This document shows positions 21,545-31,723 of a stretch of 64,000 nt of DNA, in pieces. Each line of letters opens with the position of its first letter. The stretch's first letter is position 1. The stretch comes from a virus. The notes below the pieces were generated by a model that saw only the letters and a program-made list of their open reading frames with translations, ran no database searches and was not told the origin of the DNA. The stretch spans positions 28,060 to 92,059 of the IMG/VR virus record IMGVR_UViG_3300025789_000028, one strand, 5' to 3'. A program made the translations under genes and the position numbers.

Positions 21545-22180
21545 GTGAGATTAAACGAATTTGACTGTACTGGTGAAAAGCCAATAACTGTTTTTTATAC
21601 GGATGACTCAAACGGCGGAGGTATGACTTTTGCTCAAGACTTCATACCCACTATAAAAAGATTGTACCCGAACAGAAAATTTGGTAAAGCATTTGACTGG
21701 TGTTCTGGAGCAGGATTCATAGGTTTTTCTTTACTATCGCACGGGCTATGTGATAGTTTATGTTTAAATGATTTGTTTAGTCCCGATATATATGCAATAA
21801 AACAAACCATTGAACACCCAAGTAATAAATTTACAGATAATGTTTCTGTTTATTTGTTGAATGATATAGCAAATTTACCAATCAAAGAAATGTTTGATTT
21901 AGTGGTGGCAAATCCTCCTCACTATAAATCTTATATTAGTACCGGGCATAATTGGAATAGAATAGGTACTGATTTAGATTGGAAAGCGCATAAAAGTTTT
22001 TTTAAAAGTATCAAGTCGCACCTAAATCCCAATGCAGTTATATTATTATTGGAAAGCATAGATGATTCTTCAATAAAAGAATTTGAACCTATGATCAATG
22101 ATGCGGGATTAAGAATAGTAAATATCCATGATAGCACAGGTGGGTTGTGTTTCATTGAGATACAGGAAAGCCCCAATTAA
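21545..22180 (+). CDS. class I SAM-dependent methyltransferase
   Basis: DWCSGAGFIG and FDLVVANPPH motifs. Confidence 0.85.
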   Translation: MRLNEFDCTGEKPITVFYTDDSNGGGMTFAQDFIPTIKRLYPNRKFGKAFDWCSGAGFIGFSLLSHGLCDSLCLNDLFSPDIYAIKQTIEHPSNKFTDNVSVYLLNDIANLPIKEMFDLVVANPPHYKSYISTGHNWNRIGTDLDWKAHKSFFKSIKSHLNPNAVILLLESIDDSSIKEFEPMINDAGLRIVNIHDSTGGLCFIEIQESPN

Positions 22181-22206
22181 GGGGCCTTACTATTTGCAAC
22201 ATTAAT

Positions 22207-22587
22207 TTAGAATGGTGCGGGTTCGGTAGCTTTAAGAATATCTTCAACTGTAGTTGTTGCCTTCTTAGCACGAGCCTTGATAGCTTCCATGCTGGGCTTA
22301 GCCTTAGACTTAACTTTAACAGTACCTTTGTTTGCTTCTTTGACACGATCCTCAATAGCATCGTTAATGGTTGCTTGATCTTCGGCTGAAGCAAATTCAG
22401 CACATGTCAACATGTGTTTAAGAGCCTCGATCTTAGTCATCTCACTGGGCAATTCAATAAATTCACAACGAGTAGCCCCGCCCTTTGTGAATTGCTTAAC
22501 ACGTCGGACCATGTCATCAGTAAAACGAACCTTCGCATTACCATTGTGAACAGTGATACCAACAACCTTAAACGTCTGTGCAGTCAT
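22207..22587 (-). CDS. hypothetical protein
   Basis: 126 aa; own promoter and SD GGAG. Confidence 0.7.
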   Translation of the reverse strand: MTAQTFKVVGITVHNGNAKVRFTDDMVRRVKQFTKGGATRCEFIELPSEMTKIEALKHMLTCAEFASAEDQATINDAIEDRVKEANKGTVKVKSKAKPSMEAIKARAKKATTTVEDILKATEPAPF

Positions 22588-22638
22588 AAAATAAAATCTC
22601 CAAGAGAGTTAAACAAATGTGCGATATTGCACGATATA

Positions 22639-22667
22639 ATGATAACAGAAACGGAATTTATTGTCAA
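22639..22667 (-). promoter_or_regulatory. sigma70-type early promoter
   Basis: TTGACA-17-TATCAT. Confidence 0.75.
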
Positions 22668-22687
22668 CCACTTCTGTTACCAAAATC

Positions 22688-22834
22688 TTAAATAAGATTA
22701 GCCGATTCGCTAATCATGCTTGAGCCGTACATAGCACGGGCCATTTGATATGCTTGATGGGGGTTGGGAGCCTGAATAGTGATTCGCATGGTACCACCGG
22801 CATCATTTCGAACAAGCATCCAATAAGTATACAT
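22688..22834 (-). CDS. small hypothetical protein (48 aa, not in ORF track)
   Basis: MYTYWMLVRNDAGG...SESANLI; SD GAGGA. Confidence 0.65.
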   Translation of the reverse strand: MYTYWMLVRNDAGGTMRITIQAPNPHQAYQMARAMYGSSMISESANLI

Positions 22835-22921
22835 GATATTTCCTCAAGCAGTCAAATAAATTACGTAGATACCAAACAGAAAAAGAATAACAAATGTCAA
22901 CAATTCTAATTCTGAAATATG

Positions 22922-22950
22922 AGTATACACCCAAACTTTTAATTTGTCAA
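22922..22950 (-). promoter_or_regulatory. sigma70-type early promoter
   Basis: TTGACA-17-TATACT. Confidence 0.75.
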
Positions 22951-22965
22951 GCATTTTTTTACCTT

Positions 22966-23391
22966 TTATGCAACAATGTAGGGCTTGTTCCAAGAACCAA
23001 TGTTGATGTCAACATAGTATGCGGTGTGAAAATAATCCACTTGTGCATCAGATTCATCGAACCAGTCGGCCGACTTCAATGCCTTCATAGCTTCAGTCAA
23101 GAATTCTTTAGCAACACCCGAATAATGTTCATGGAACCAGTAAGGGTTAATATCCATCGATTGATTCTTGCGAATGTATTCAATTTGATCGGCACGCAAC
23201 TTGTTGCCATAAATTGTGTTCTTATCGGTTTCGATATAGTTTTCAATGAAATCAATTGCACCGCTCTTGATGTTCAATGAAATTGTAGAATGATTGCGAA
23301 CACTAAGGGTACCTTTAACCTTGTACTTTGCAAGAATGGGTTTCAATGCGATTGCAATCTTAGCCTTTTTGTCTTGATTCATATAAGCCAT
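22966..23391 (-). CDS. hypothetical phage early protein
   Basis: 141 aa; SD AAGGAG; C-terminal DYFHTAYY...IGSWNKPY. Confidence 0.8.
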   Translation of the reverse strand: MAYMNQDKKAKIAIALKPILAKYKVKGTLSVRNHSTISLNIKSGAIDFIENYIETDKNTIYGNKLRADQIEYIRKNQSMDINPYWFHEHYSGVAKEFLTEAMKALKSADWFDESDAQVDYFHTAYYVDINIGSWNKPYIVA

Positions 23392-23423
23392 TTGTTAACT
23401 CCTTTTAATCATTCAATACAAGT

Positions 23424-23452
23424 ATTATATCGCCAAACCGATTTATTGTCAA
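23424..23452 (-). promoter_or_regulatory. consensus sigma70 promoter
   Basis: TTGACA-17-TATAAT. Confidence 0.85.
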
Positions 23453-23652
23453 CCTTTTTACTTATTCTTTTCCGATTCTTCAGCCATTTTGCTGATGCCG
23501 AGGATCATGACAATAATACCAATAAAACTGAACAGCAAAATTTGTGTAACGGTGAGACCTGCATTGTCACTGCCACTAGCAGTAACAAAAAGAATAAAAA
23601 ATCCAACTAGAAATAACGGCATAGTATACCTTTCAATCAATTTATAAGATAT

Positions 23653-23681
23653 ATTATATAGCCAAATTGATTTATTGTCAA
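23653..23681 (-). promoter_or_regulatory. consensus sigma70 promoter
   Basis: TTGACA-17-TATAAT. Confidence 0.85.
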
Positions 23682-23839
23682 GCCAAATCTATTGGTTTTT
23701 TGTGCTTGGGCTTGCGTTTGTAAGCAAGTTTGTTTTCAACAATTTTGGGCTTAAAGGGGCTGTTGTTGTCAAACAACATTTTATGTGCCCTATGTTTGGG
23801 GCGTTCTATCTTAAATGATAAAGTTTTCATAATACCCTT

Positions 23840-23868
23840 ATTGTATACCCAAATTTATTTTTTGTCAA
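23840..23868 (-). promoter_or_regulatory. sigma70-type promoter
   Basis: TTGACA-17-TACAAT. Confidence 0.75.
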
Positions 23869-24076
23869 CCTTTTTAAATTCTTTGTTGACGTAATATTTA
23901 ATCAATTCACGTTGCATCATGGTGATCAAGTCGCCATGATCGTTGTCAATGACAAACCGTACAGGGCAATCACCCCATGACCTAGATTCATTAAAACGTG
24001 CGAACCACTGCCGATGGTCTTTGTTAGATGGATTGAACACTACGTAGGGTCGACCATAAAGAGCAAGTTTAGACAT
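23855..24076 (-). CDS. hypothetical protein
   Basis: 73 aa; SD AAGGA. Confidence 0.65.
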   Translation of the reverse strand: MSKLALYGRPYVVFNPSNKDHRQWFARFNESRSWGDCPVRFVIDNDHGDLITMMQRELIKYYVNKEFKKVDKK

Positions 24077-24084
24077 ATGTATCC

Positions 24085-24390
24085 TTAAATTTTAAATGAA
24101 ACGTTTTTGACAGATTTAATTGTAAAACTACGCCACTCATTCTTTTCCAAGTCAAACACACGCATACTGGTAGTACTTTCCTTGCGAGGTGTTGCATCTT
24201 CTTTTAGTTCTACTTTTGGTAGTTTGCTTTCTTCAAGTGTGCATTCCATAACACGTTCAGTACCATCCTTCTTAGTAAAGGTTACCGTTGCTGGGCCTAC
24301 CTTTAACATTGACTTAAGCCATGGACCAAACTGTTCCCAATCACTATCAGTCATGTTTGGTTTTAGTTGAGGATTTTCACTTACTTTCAT
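24085..24390 (-). CDS. SH3-like/WYL_2-type phage protein
   Basis: VTFTKKDGTERVMECTL...VFDLEKNEWRSF. Confidence 0.75.
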   Translation of the reverse strand: MKVSENPQLKPNMTDSDWEQFGPWLKSMLKVGPATVTFTKKDGTERVMECTLEESKLPKVELKEDATPRKESTTSMRVFDLEKNEWRSFTIKSVKNVSFKI

Positions 24391-24835
24391 TTTGCTCACT
24401 CCATGTTGTAAAAAAGTTTTTGATTTTTGTTTCTTCATCCCACTCACTACCATATTCATTGCGTTCATCACACAATTTCAATGCCTCTTCTTTAGACACC
24501 GTACGGTGATTGAGGATAATATCAGTTGGGCGCAAATGCTCTTGACTGAATTCTTTTGCTTGTTCCATTGTTACTGTGTCTAATGCATACTCAGTTTTAC
24601 CTGCAGGCACTTCAACCATGTATGTAACTTTGAATTGACTTAGTGCTTCAACCAATACCCATTCTGTTTTTTCTTTTTTAGTCAAACTATAACTCCCATC
24701 ACCGAGGTCTGTCCAAACAATATCGTCTCCTTCAGCCCATCCTGTTTCTTTTAAAAGATCATCAGGAAATTGAATGATTGCATCTCCTGTTTTAGGATCT
24801 TCCTCTACATCTAGTGTCCAAGATTTTTTACTCAT
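24377..24835 (-). CDS. AbrB/MazE-domain protein
   Basis: GDAIIQFPDDLLKETGWAEGD. Confidence 0.7.
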   Translation of the reverse strand: MSKKSWTLDVEEDPKTGDAIIQFPDDLLKETGWAEGDDIVWTDLGDGSYSLTKKEKTEWVLVEALSQFKVTYMVEVPAGKTEYALDTVTMEQAKEFSQEHLRPTDIILNHRTVSKEEALKLCDERNEYGSEWDEETKIKNFFTTWSEQNESK

Positions 24836-25131
24836 TGTGTTAGCATCCTAAATAAACCAATGCTGTCAATAGTTACTAAAAGGCCGTAGTTAGCCAACAT
24901 GCCAAACGATTTCCTGCTATAAGCGCACCAACCGTACATAGCACAACCAGTAATCCACACAGGATAAAGAATAATGAGAGGGGGATTGGGTGCAGTGGCG
25001 GCCATCGTAATACTACAGCCAACGCTGATACCCCAAGCCAATACTTCGACAAAAAACCTAAACGGATGCGTTTTGTAATCATCTTTAATCCAGCTAAAAA
25101 TTCCATATAATAAATCATTCATGTTTGTCAA
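24832..25131 (-). CDS. small membrane protein
   Basis: three hydrophobic segments. Confidence 0.65.
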   Translation of the reverse strand: MTNMNDLLYGIFSWIKDDYKTHPFRFFVEVLAWGISVGCSITMAATAPNPPLIILYPVWITGCAMYGWCAYSRKSFGMLANYGLLVTIDSIGLFRMLTQ

Positions 25132-25633
25132 TCATTGTTTGTAGAATATCTTCTACAAGTTGGTTTACTGTGATATCACGTTTGTGAGCCTCTTTAAACA
25201 AATCCAACAATAAATCATCTTCAAGGTCTAATTCAATTTGAACACGGTTGTCAAATGTTTTGCCGTTCATAATAGCCCTAGCCTTTTCAAAAAAATCTTG
25301 TTTAACTTCAAGGTCTACAAACTCAACATCATCATAGGCAACACGATATTTGTGATTGCGTTCTACAGCTTCCTTTAAATATGCGTCAAAGTATTCAACA
25401 TTGAACCAACGATAGGGTCTAGATTTAGAATCACCTAACTCTCTTACCCACACTTCTGCCTCATATACTGTTTGATCCAATGTGTCAAAAACAATACTAC
25501 CGCTACCGTATTCAGTTTCAAATTCTAAAAAACGTGCGTGATCACCATAGCAGTGCCATAGATAATCTGCGCCACCGGTAATCTTGTATTCAAATGCTTC
25601 AATAACTTCTTGTAGGGTCATGCTATGCTCCAA
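25115..25633 (-). CDS. hypothetical protein
   Basis: 172 aa; possible ribbon-helix-helix-like C-terminus. Confidence 0.65.
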   Translation of the reverse strand: MEHSMTLQEVIEAFEYKITGGADYLWHCYGDHARFLEFETEYGSGSIVFDTLDQTVYEAEVWVRELGDSKSRPYRWFNVEYFDAYLKEAVERNHKYRVAYDDVEFVDLEVKQDFFEKARAIMNGKTFDNRVQIELDLEDDLLLDLFKEAHKRDITVNQLVEDILQTMIDKHE

Positions 25634-25682
25634 TTAATATGTACAGTATACTATGGGTTTGATTTTAGCACAATAGAAACGG

Positions 25683-26285
25683 TCACATTGTAGGACCGTT
25701 TCCATTCTTAAAGCCCACAGTTCCACCTTCTGCCTCGATGCGCTTGATCACATCCTCAAATAAGATGGGCGTAAAGTCGGTTTGTTCCACGCATACGCAA
25801 TGATAACGTGTGTCAATTTCATCACTATATAAGATAGAACCAGTTTTAGCATCTACACCACGTGCCTTCTTTACACGACCACTGTGTAAGTGACCATGGA
25901 TGTTGACACCAAAACGCCCTAAACTTGCCTCATGTAATGGGATATGACTTAAAATCATACCGTTCATGACATGATAGGCACGTAATTCACGGAAGTGTTC
26001 ACGATATTCCTCATCACGGAAGATATCATGGTTACCGCGGATTAAGACCTTGTCACCGTTTAATCTGTGCAAGATGCTTAATGACTTGCGGTTGATAACA
26101 ACATCGCCTAAGTGATAAACTTTATCGTTAGGCCTAACTCGGTCGTTCCAACGCTTGACCATTTCTTCATCCATTTCATCTGGATCAGTCCATGGCCTAA
26201 TCTTAGTGACTCCGTCACTTTCTGTGAATTTACACACTCCGGCATGACCGAAATGTGTGTCACTTGTTAAAAATACACTTGGCAT
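25683..26285 (-). CDS. calcineurin-like metallophosphoesterase
   Basis: SDTHFGH, LGD, GNHD, HGHLH. Confidence 0.9.
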   Translation of the reverse strand: MPSVFLTSDTHFGHAGVCKFTESDGVTKIRPWTDPDEMDEEMVKRWNDRVRPNDKVYHLGDVVINRKSLSILHRLNGDKVLIRGNHDIFRDEEYREHFRELRAYHVMNGMILSHIPLHEASLGRFGVNIHGHLHSGRVKKARGVDAKTGSILYSDEIDTRYHCVCVEQTDFTPILFEDVIKRIEAEGGTVGFKNGNGPTM

Positions 26286-26288
26286 ATT

Positions 26289-26630
26289 TTATCCTTTCTT
26301 GCAAAATGTGTTAAGTGCAGGCTTCAATGTGTTGATTAAATACGTTTCACGCTGATGAGCCTCAGCCTTACCACGTACAACTTCAACGATACTATAGGTA
26401 AACGATTCAACGCCATGCTCTCTAATAGAACGGCTCAAGCCCCAATCCTTATCCTCAGCATACGCACGTTGAATGTGCTTTTGAACTCTACGGTGTGCTG
26501 TACGACGGGCATTACCTCCGTAACTCAATACAGTTAATCCAATGTACTCTTGACCGGTCACGATATTACGCAACAAGTAAATTACTTGATTACGATCTGA
26601 CCTACGTTTACGTGTACTTTTCGAATTCAT
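26289..26630 (-). CDS. GIY-YIG nuclease-domain protein
   Basis: VIY...EYIG...R...H, E, LN. Confidence 0.75.
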   Translation of the reverse strand: MNSKSTRKRRSDRNQVIYLLRNIVTGQEYIGLTVLSYGGNARRTAHRRVQKHIQRAYAEDKDWGLSRSIREHGVESFTYSIVEVVRGKAEAHQRETYLINTLKPALNTFCKKG

Positions 26631-26636
26631 ACATGT

Positions 26637-26665
26637 ATTATATGCCCAAAACCATTTAAAGTCAA
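26637..26665 (-). promoter_or_regulatory. sigma70-type promoter
   Basis: TTGACT-17-TATAAT. Confidence 0.75.
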
Positions 26666-26714
26666 CCTACTTTTGTTGTTTTTTTGCAACAATTTTCTCG
26701 CTATAAATATCAGT

Positions 26715-27350
26715 ATGGCATCATTAACCGATTTTATCACGCATTGGGGAGAAATAGTTGAACTAGATTTTCCTAAAATGGATTTGAATAAAGTAAAAGA
26801 CATACTAGACAAGCATCCAGGTTGGAAATATTATCAGCCACATAAACCGGGATATAATCGTTATGGATTAAGTGTTACCAGTTTAGATGGCAATTTCTCA
26901 GGGGAACCTGATTTATTTAGTTTACGTGAATATCAAAAGATGACAGGTAAATCATATAATGAAATTGATTTTAAAAACAGAACTAACTTAGTACAGTTTA
27001 TTCCTGAATTAAATGATTTTCTAGATTTTTGGGAACCCAATTTAGGTCGTACACATTTCTTAAGATTAGATAAAGGTGGATTCTTTCCACCGCATCGTGA
27101 TAATGGTGCAATAGTTAATGTACCTACATTTAGAATATTAGTACCTATATATAATTTTGGTATTAATGATATGAAATGGATTCAGGAAGAGAAAGTAATT
27201 CGGTTTGATTTAGGTGCTACTTACTTTGTTAATACTAGTAGACTACATAGTCTATTCAGTTTTGTTGACAATTGTTTAATGCTCGTATTAAATGTAAATG
27301 TCAATGATTATATTTTAGATAAAATGGTTAAGAAAATTGTCGCACTTTAA
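26715..27350 (+). CDS. Asp/Asn beta-hydroxylase-like 2OG-Fe(II) oxygenase
   Basis: FPPHRD...FVNTSRLHSL; TATAAATA upstream. Confidence 0.7.
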   Translation: MASLTDFITHWGEIVELDFPKMDLNKVKDILDKHPGWKYYQPHKPGYNRYGLSVTSLDGNFSGEPDLFSLREYQKMTGKSYNEIDFKNRTNLVQFIPELNDFLDFWEPNLGRTHFLRLDKGGFFPPHRDNGAIVNVPTFRILVPIYNFGINDMKWIQEEKVIRFDLGATYFVNTSRLHSLFSFVDNCLMLVLNVNVNDYILDKMVKKIVAL

Positions 27351-28317
27351 AGCATTTTATAATGACTGGTTAGATTGTTCAGGCTTAATCAATGGCACCG
27401 ACGTAGATCATATAGTCAATCTTGATCCTGAGTTTTTTACTAACTTAAAATTTGATAATGAATCATTAAGACAATATCGCATAGATGCGGCTATTAAATG
27501 TAGTGAAACACTAGGAGATAATCCTGCATTATGTTTAAGTGGGGGCATAGATAGTCAAGCAATGGTACAAGCATGGCATGAGGCTAACTTAAAATTTACA
27601 ACTGTTATAATGGTGTTCAAAGATGGATTAAACAAACAAGATAGTGACCATGCTAAAATGTTTTGCGAAAAAAATAACTATCCTTATATAGAATTACCAT
27701 TTGATATAGTAAACTTTTTATCCAGAGACAATTATTCAACCAGTGAAAAATACAAATCGATAAGTCCGCATTTCAATACACACTATCGCATGGCAGAATT
27801 ATTACGTAATATGGGATATACCGGTGTCTGTTGCGGTGGATGTACTCCTTATAATGACAAAGGCGGATATGGTTATAATTTTGAAAAGGCTTCGTTTGAT
27901 TTTATAAGAATACAAGATATTTTAGGTATAGCCTTTCAGGGTAGTTTTTTAAGTTTTTACCCTGAACTATCTTGGTCAATAGCTTTTCTAACAGACCCCA
28001 TTGATGCGAATACTGAATTGAATGATACATGGGAAGATTACTTATTTTCCAATCATGAACGATATTTAAAAAAAGTAAAATCATATCAACGTGCAGGTTT
28101 TGAAATTATCCCTCAGGAAACTAAGTATACTGGTTTTGAATTAGTTAAAAAATATTTTGAGAATTTAACGGGCGATGGATGGACATTCGAACGCAAATTT
28201 AGAGTCCCCATCGCAGCTAAATTTGATAAAAATCCTCACGTATATAAATTTAATCTTAGTGAAAAACAATTAAAAGCAATTCAACTAAGTTATCTCAATG
28301 CATTCGGCACGAACTGA
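27337..28317 (+). CDS. PP-loop adenine nucleotide alpha-hydrolase (asparagine synthetase-like)
   Basis: LCLSGGIDSQ. Confidence 0.7.
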   Translation: MSHFKAFYNDWLDCSGLINGTDVDHIVNLDPEFFTNLKFDNESLRQYRIDAAIKCSETLGDNPALCLSGGIDSQAMVQAWHEANLKFTTVIMVFKDGLNKQDSDHAKMFCEKNNYPYIELPFDIVNFLSRDNYSTSEKYKSISPHFNTHYRMAELLRNMGYTGVCCGGCTPYNDKGGYGYNFEKASFDFIRIQDILGIAFQGSFLSFYPELSWSIAFLTDPIDANTELNDTWEDYLFSNHERYLKKVKSYQRAGFEIIPQETKYTGFELVKKYFENLTGDGWTFERKFRVPIAAKFDKNPHVYKFNLSEKQLKAIQLSYLNAFGTN

Positions 28318-29136
28318 TTCTCCCCTTCCAGGATTAGAATACAACCTACCACCTAAATAGTTTATATTTTTAACACGTGTGTTTGATGTTATCCAAGTAC
28401 CATTATTTAAGTGAAATAAGTAGGGTGATACAGTGCAATTAACAAATCTAGTATCATTAAAGGGATTTAAATGCGTAACTAGTATAGGACAGTGTTTTAA
28501 ACTTAATTCCCAATTTTTAACCATGGCTGCTTCGTCTGAATGTTTCTTATTTATCCAATCTTGTGTAGCCCAAACAGGTACCAAACCGTGAGACACATCG
28601 GATGTGTCATTGGGTTTTTCTTTGAATTCGTTAATGTTTTCTTTATGCACTTGTAAAGTAGACATTGGATAGTTTTGAAACCAATATGTGTCTTCCCAAT
28701 CACCGGTGTATCTATGTATTTTAGGAAATCCATAAGTAGTAAACACACTAACTGTATAACCATTACGCAATTGAATCGGCATTCCGTTTGGATCGGTAGA
28801 GTGCTTCCAATGTAGATTTTTAGGCCAATTAACATCATTTTTCATTCGTAGTAAAATGTTGTCTTCTAGTTCGTTTTCATATTTGCTTATTTCAAAATAG
28901 TACATTTCTTCACCCAAATTATACACAAATTGTACGTCAGGATGACTTTCTGCTAATGCATAAGCATACATAAAACCTCGTTTTAACCATGCTGTAGAAA
29001 TGTTACCATTCAGAACTACAATATCGGCTTCAGTCGGTATTGTGTAAGGTTCATAGGGCTCATTGGGATGATAATTTGTATCACTTATAACATGTAATTT
29101 GAAGGGCATTTGATATTTATATACCGGATGATTCAA
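28285..29136 (-). CDS. divergent metallophosphoesterase-fold protein
   Basis: VISD, DIVVLNGNI, LVTH, SNPGR; several metal ligands appear substituted. Confidence 0.55.
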   Translation of the reverse strand: MNHPVYKYQMPFKLHVISDTNYHPNEPYEPYTIPTEADIVVLNGNISTAWLKRGFMYAYALAESHPDVQFVYNLGEEMYYFEISKYENELEDNILLRMKNDVNWPKNLHWKHSTDPNGMPIQLRNGYTVSVFTTYGFPKIHRYTGDWEDTYWFQNYPMSTLQVHKENINEFKEKPNDTSDVSHGLVPVWATQDWINKKHSDEAAMVKNWELSLKHCPILVTHLNPFNDTRFVNCTVSPYLFHLNNGTWITSNTRVKNINYLGGRLYSNPGRGESVRAECIEIT

Positions 29137-29191
29137 TTTTTTAATTATTTCTGAAAAAGATAAATACTACATACAACGGAGCATTCATACC

Positions 29192-30955
29192 ATGGATATT
29201 AGAGTTAAATTTAACACACTTGACAGTCAGGCAGCATTTGCAAAAAAATGGGCGGTAGACGTTACACCGGATATGGTCGATCATTTGGACATTTCTTGGC
29301 ACCTATTGCAACATGCACTTAGTGCTGAAAGTAATGTTACAGATTTTGTCCAATTAGACACTACCACCGAGCATGAATTTTTAGTATCTAGTGCTGATGG
29401 AAACTTTGGTGATTTAGCAATAAGTTCTACACCGATGAAAAATATGGCTGGATGGTATCATGTTGTTAGTACCCAAGGTCTTGCATTAGGTAAAATTGTA
29501 AAGTCAATTGACATTACTAGTATCCCAATGACATTCTTAGATAATGTCAGTACTATTAATAGTATTAATGTAACACCTGCTACTGTTGATCCTACTAGCA
29601 GTGCTGGTCAGTGGGCAAGAATTCGTGTTGCTAGTCAATATCGTCCATTGCTAACTTCGTTTGCTACACATGACGTTAATTACTTGAGCAAGCCTGAACT
29701 ATACATTTTAGACTCTGGTATTAATTTTGAGCACCAAGAACTTAATTATGACGGCCTTGACAAAGTAAATTTCTACACATTACCCCAATTCAGTGGTAAT
29801 TTTGCCGACGACATTGGTCACGGCACTGGTGTTGCAAGTATGGCGGTAGGTAAGAATTTAGGTATATGTTCTTATGTTAAGTTAATGAATGTTAAAATTG
29901 GTGGCATGGTTAACGGAGAACAATATAATGCAAACTTGTTAGATGTTGGTCAAGCAATCGATGCTATCATGAATGCCATTGTAGCAGATCCTACAGTTAC
30001 TAGAGTTATTAACATGTCTTGGGGTATTCCTCGTAGTGCATGGCTAGATGCTAAAGTGCAATCATTAATAGATGCCGGTGCATTTGTTGTATGTGCGGCT
30101 GGTAACGGACATATTGACGTTGATCAAATTTCACCTGCCGGAATGAACACAGTAATGACAGTTGGTGCAATCGATCAATACGACATTCCAGCCGGTTTCA
30201 ATAATATTGCACCAAGTGATTCAGGTTTAACAACCAGTATTGGTTTGGGATTAGATATTTTTGCTCCTGGTGATAACGTAATGGTTGCAGACGGCATTTC
30301 AGGTACTACAAGTTATCATGTAACATCTGGTACATCTTTCTCAGCTCCTTTAGTGTCAGGTGTTGCGTGTGTAATTGCATCAATGAATTCAAATCCATTG
30401 TTTTATTCTGACTTAGTTAAATTAATTGTTAACACTGCCACTGAACATGCATTACTATTTGAAGATTCATCGTTCTCAGAAAATCAAAATAGACTAGTTT
30501 ATTTGGCTACCGCAGATATGGCAGCATCATACAAAGAAACTAATGCTGTTAGTTATTTGGGTGTCCACGATAAAGAAGATGTTATTGTTGCTGACATTAA
30601 CTCAAACTTAGACACATCACAAATTGAAAAATTAGCTCCTACTGATCCTGTAGTTTTTTCTGTAGAAATGGCTGATGATTCTAAAGACTATGCACAATTT
30701 TTAGTTTGCGATCCTGTTACAGGTGTTATTACTATTACAAAACCTAATCTTCAATTGCCAGAAGAAACCCGTTTAAAAATGGTAAACTTTATCGGAGTTG
30801 CAAAGAATTCATCTATTACTATGAAAACAAATATCTTGTTCTTCTTTGTTAATAATCCATTATACAAAGACACATTAGAATCTGATATTACATTGGCACT
30901 TACTGACGTTAACAGTATCAGTTTCTTCGCTACTTGGAAACAAAGTATCAAGTAA
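29192..30955 (+). CDS. subtilisin-family (S8) serine protease
   Basis: ILDSG, GHGTGVAS, AAGN, SGTSFSAP. Confidence 0.93.
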   Translation: MDIRVKFNTLDSQAAFAKKWAVDVTPDMVDHLDISWHLLQHALSAESNVTDFVQLDTTTEHEFLVSSADGNFGDLAISSTPMKNMAGWYHVVSTQGLALGKIVKSIDITSIPMTFLDNVSTINSINVTPATVDPTSSAGQWARIRVASQYRPLLTSFATHDVNYLSKPELYILDSGINFEHQELNYDGLDKVNFYTLPQFSGNFADDIGHGTGVASMAVGKNLGICSYVKLMNVKIGGMVNGEQYNANLLDVGQAIDAIMNAIVADPTVTRVINMSWGIPRSAWLDAKVQSLIDAGAFVVCAAGNGHIDVDQISPAGMNTVMTVGAIDQYDIPAGFNNIAPSDSGLTTSIGLGLDIFAPGDNVMVADGISGTTSYHVTSGTSFSAPLVSGVACVIASMNSNPLFYSDLVKLIVNTATEHALLFEDSSFSENQNRLVYLATADMAASYKETNAVSYLGVHDKEDVIVADINSNLDTSQIEKLAPTDPVVFSVEMADDSKDYAQFLVCDPVTGVITITKPNLQLPEETRLKMVNFIGVAKNSSITMKTNILFFFVNNPLYKDTLESDITLALTDVNSISFFATWKQSIK

Positions 30956-30958
30956 TAT

Positions 30959-31723
30959 TTGATGTCATATCAATCATTAGATTTCAATGTTCCATCAAAA
31001 CATTGGGGTAAGCAAACGTTAAATGGTTGGATTTACAATGATGTGTTTGAAGACAGATTTTTTGAACAATTAAAATCTACATCCGAACACATCATACACA
31101 AAAGAAATCATTCGACCTACGCCACACATAGAACTAATTTTAATTTTGGTGGAAAAAATCATAAAATTGTTTCTCATAAACAAAACGATAGAGAACAAGA
31201 AGTAATATTTGATTTGACGTTTGAAAAAGATTGGTGGTATCAAACATCTGATACTATAAAATCTTGGGCAGATACTCAAATAATGACTACACAAAGCCCG
31301 ATATTATACAAGGCTATCAAAACAATAGAAAAATATCCACCGTTCTGTGATGAGCCTAATAGTTGGATATGCTATCGTTGGCATATGAATTTTTTGGCGT
31401 ATAATAAATTTCTAGCATTACATCTTGATGCAAACCACCAATATTACAATGTATCAGTGTTTGATGCTAGAATGAGAAGCGTTACCTTTTATTTTGATGA
31501 TCATATTGAAGGCAACGGTGGAGAGTTTTGGACTGATACAGGATTTGTATATAAACCAAAAAGAAACTCAGCAATCAACATCAACGGTGGACAAGTAGTA
31601 CACGGAGTTACTACTAATATGAATCCAGAACCAAGACTGGCATTTACACTACGCTTTGCACACAAAGACGATTTGTATTTACCCGGTAGCCCTGATAAGT
31701 CAATATATAAATTAGAGTTTTAA
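30959..31723 (+). CDS. 2OG-Fe(II) oxygenase
   Basis: HLD...GGEF...HGV...R. Confidence 0.75.
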   Translation: MMSYQSLDFNVPSKHWGKQTLNGWIYNDVFEDRFFEQLKSTSEHIIHKRNHSTYATHRTNFNFGGKNHKIVSHKQNDREQEVIFDLTFEKDWWYQTSDTIKSWADTQIMTTQSPILYKAIKTIEKYPPFCDEPNSWICYRWHMNFLAYNKFLALHLDANHQYYNVSVFDARMRSVTFYFDDHIEGNGGEFWTDTGFVYKPKRNSAININGGQVVHGVTTNMNPEPRLAFTLRFAHKDDLYLPGSPDKSIYKLEF

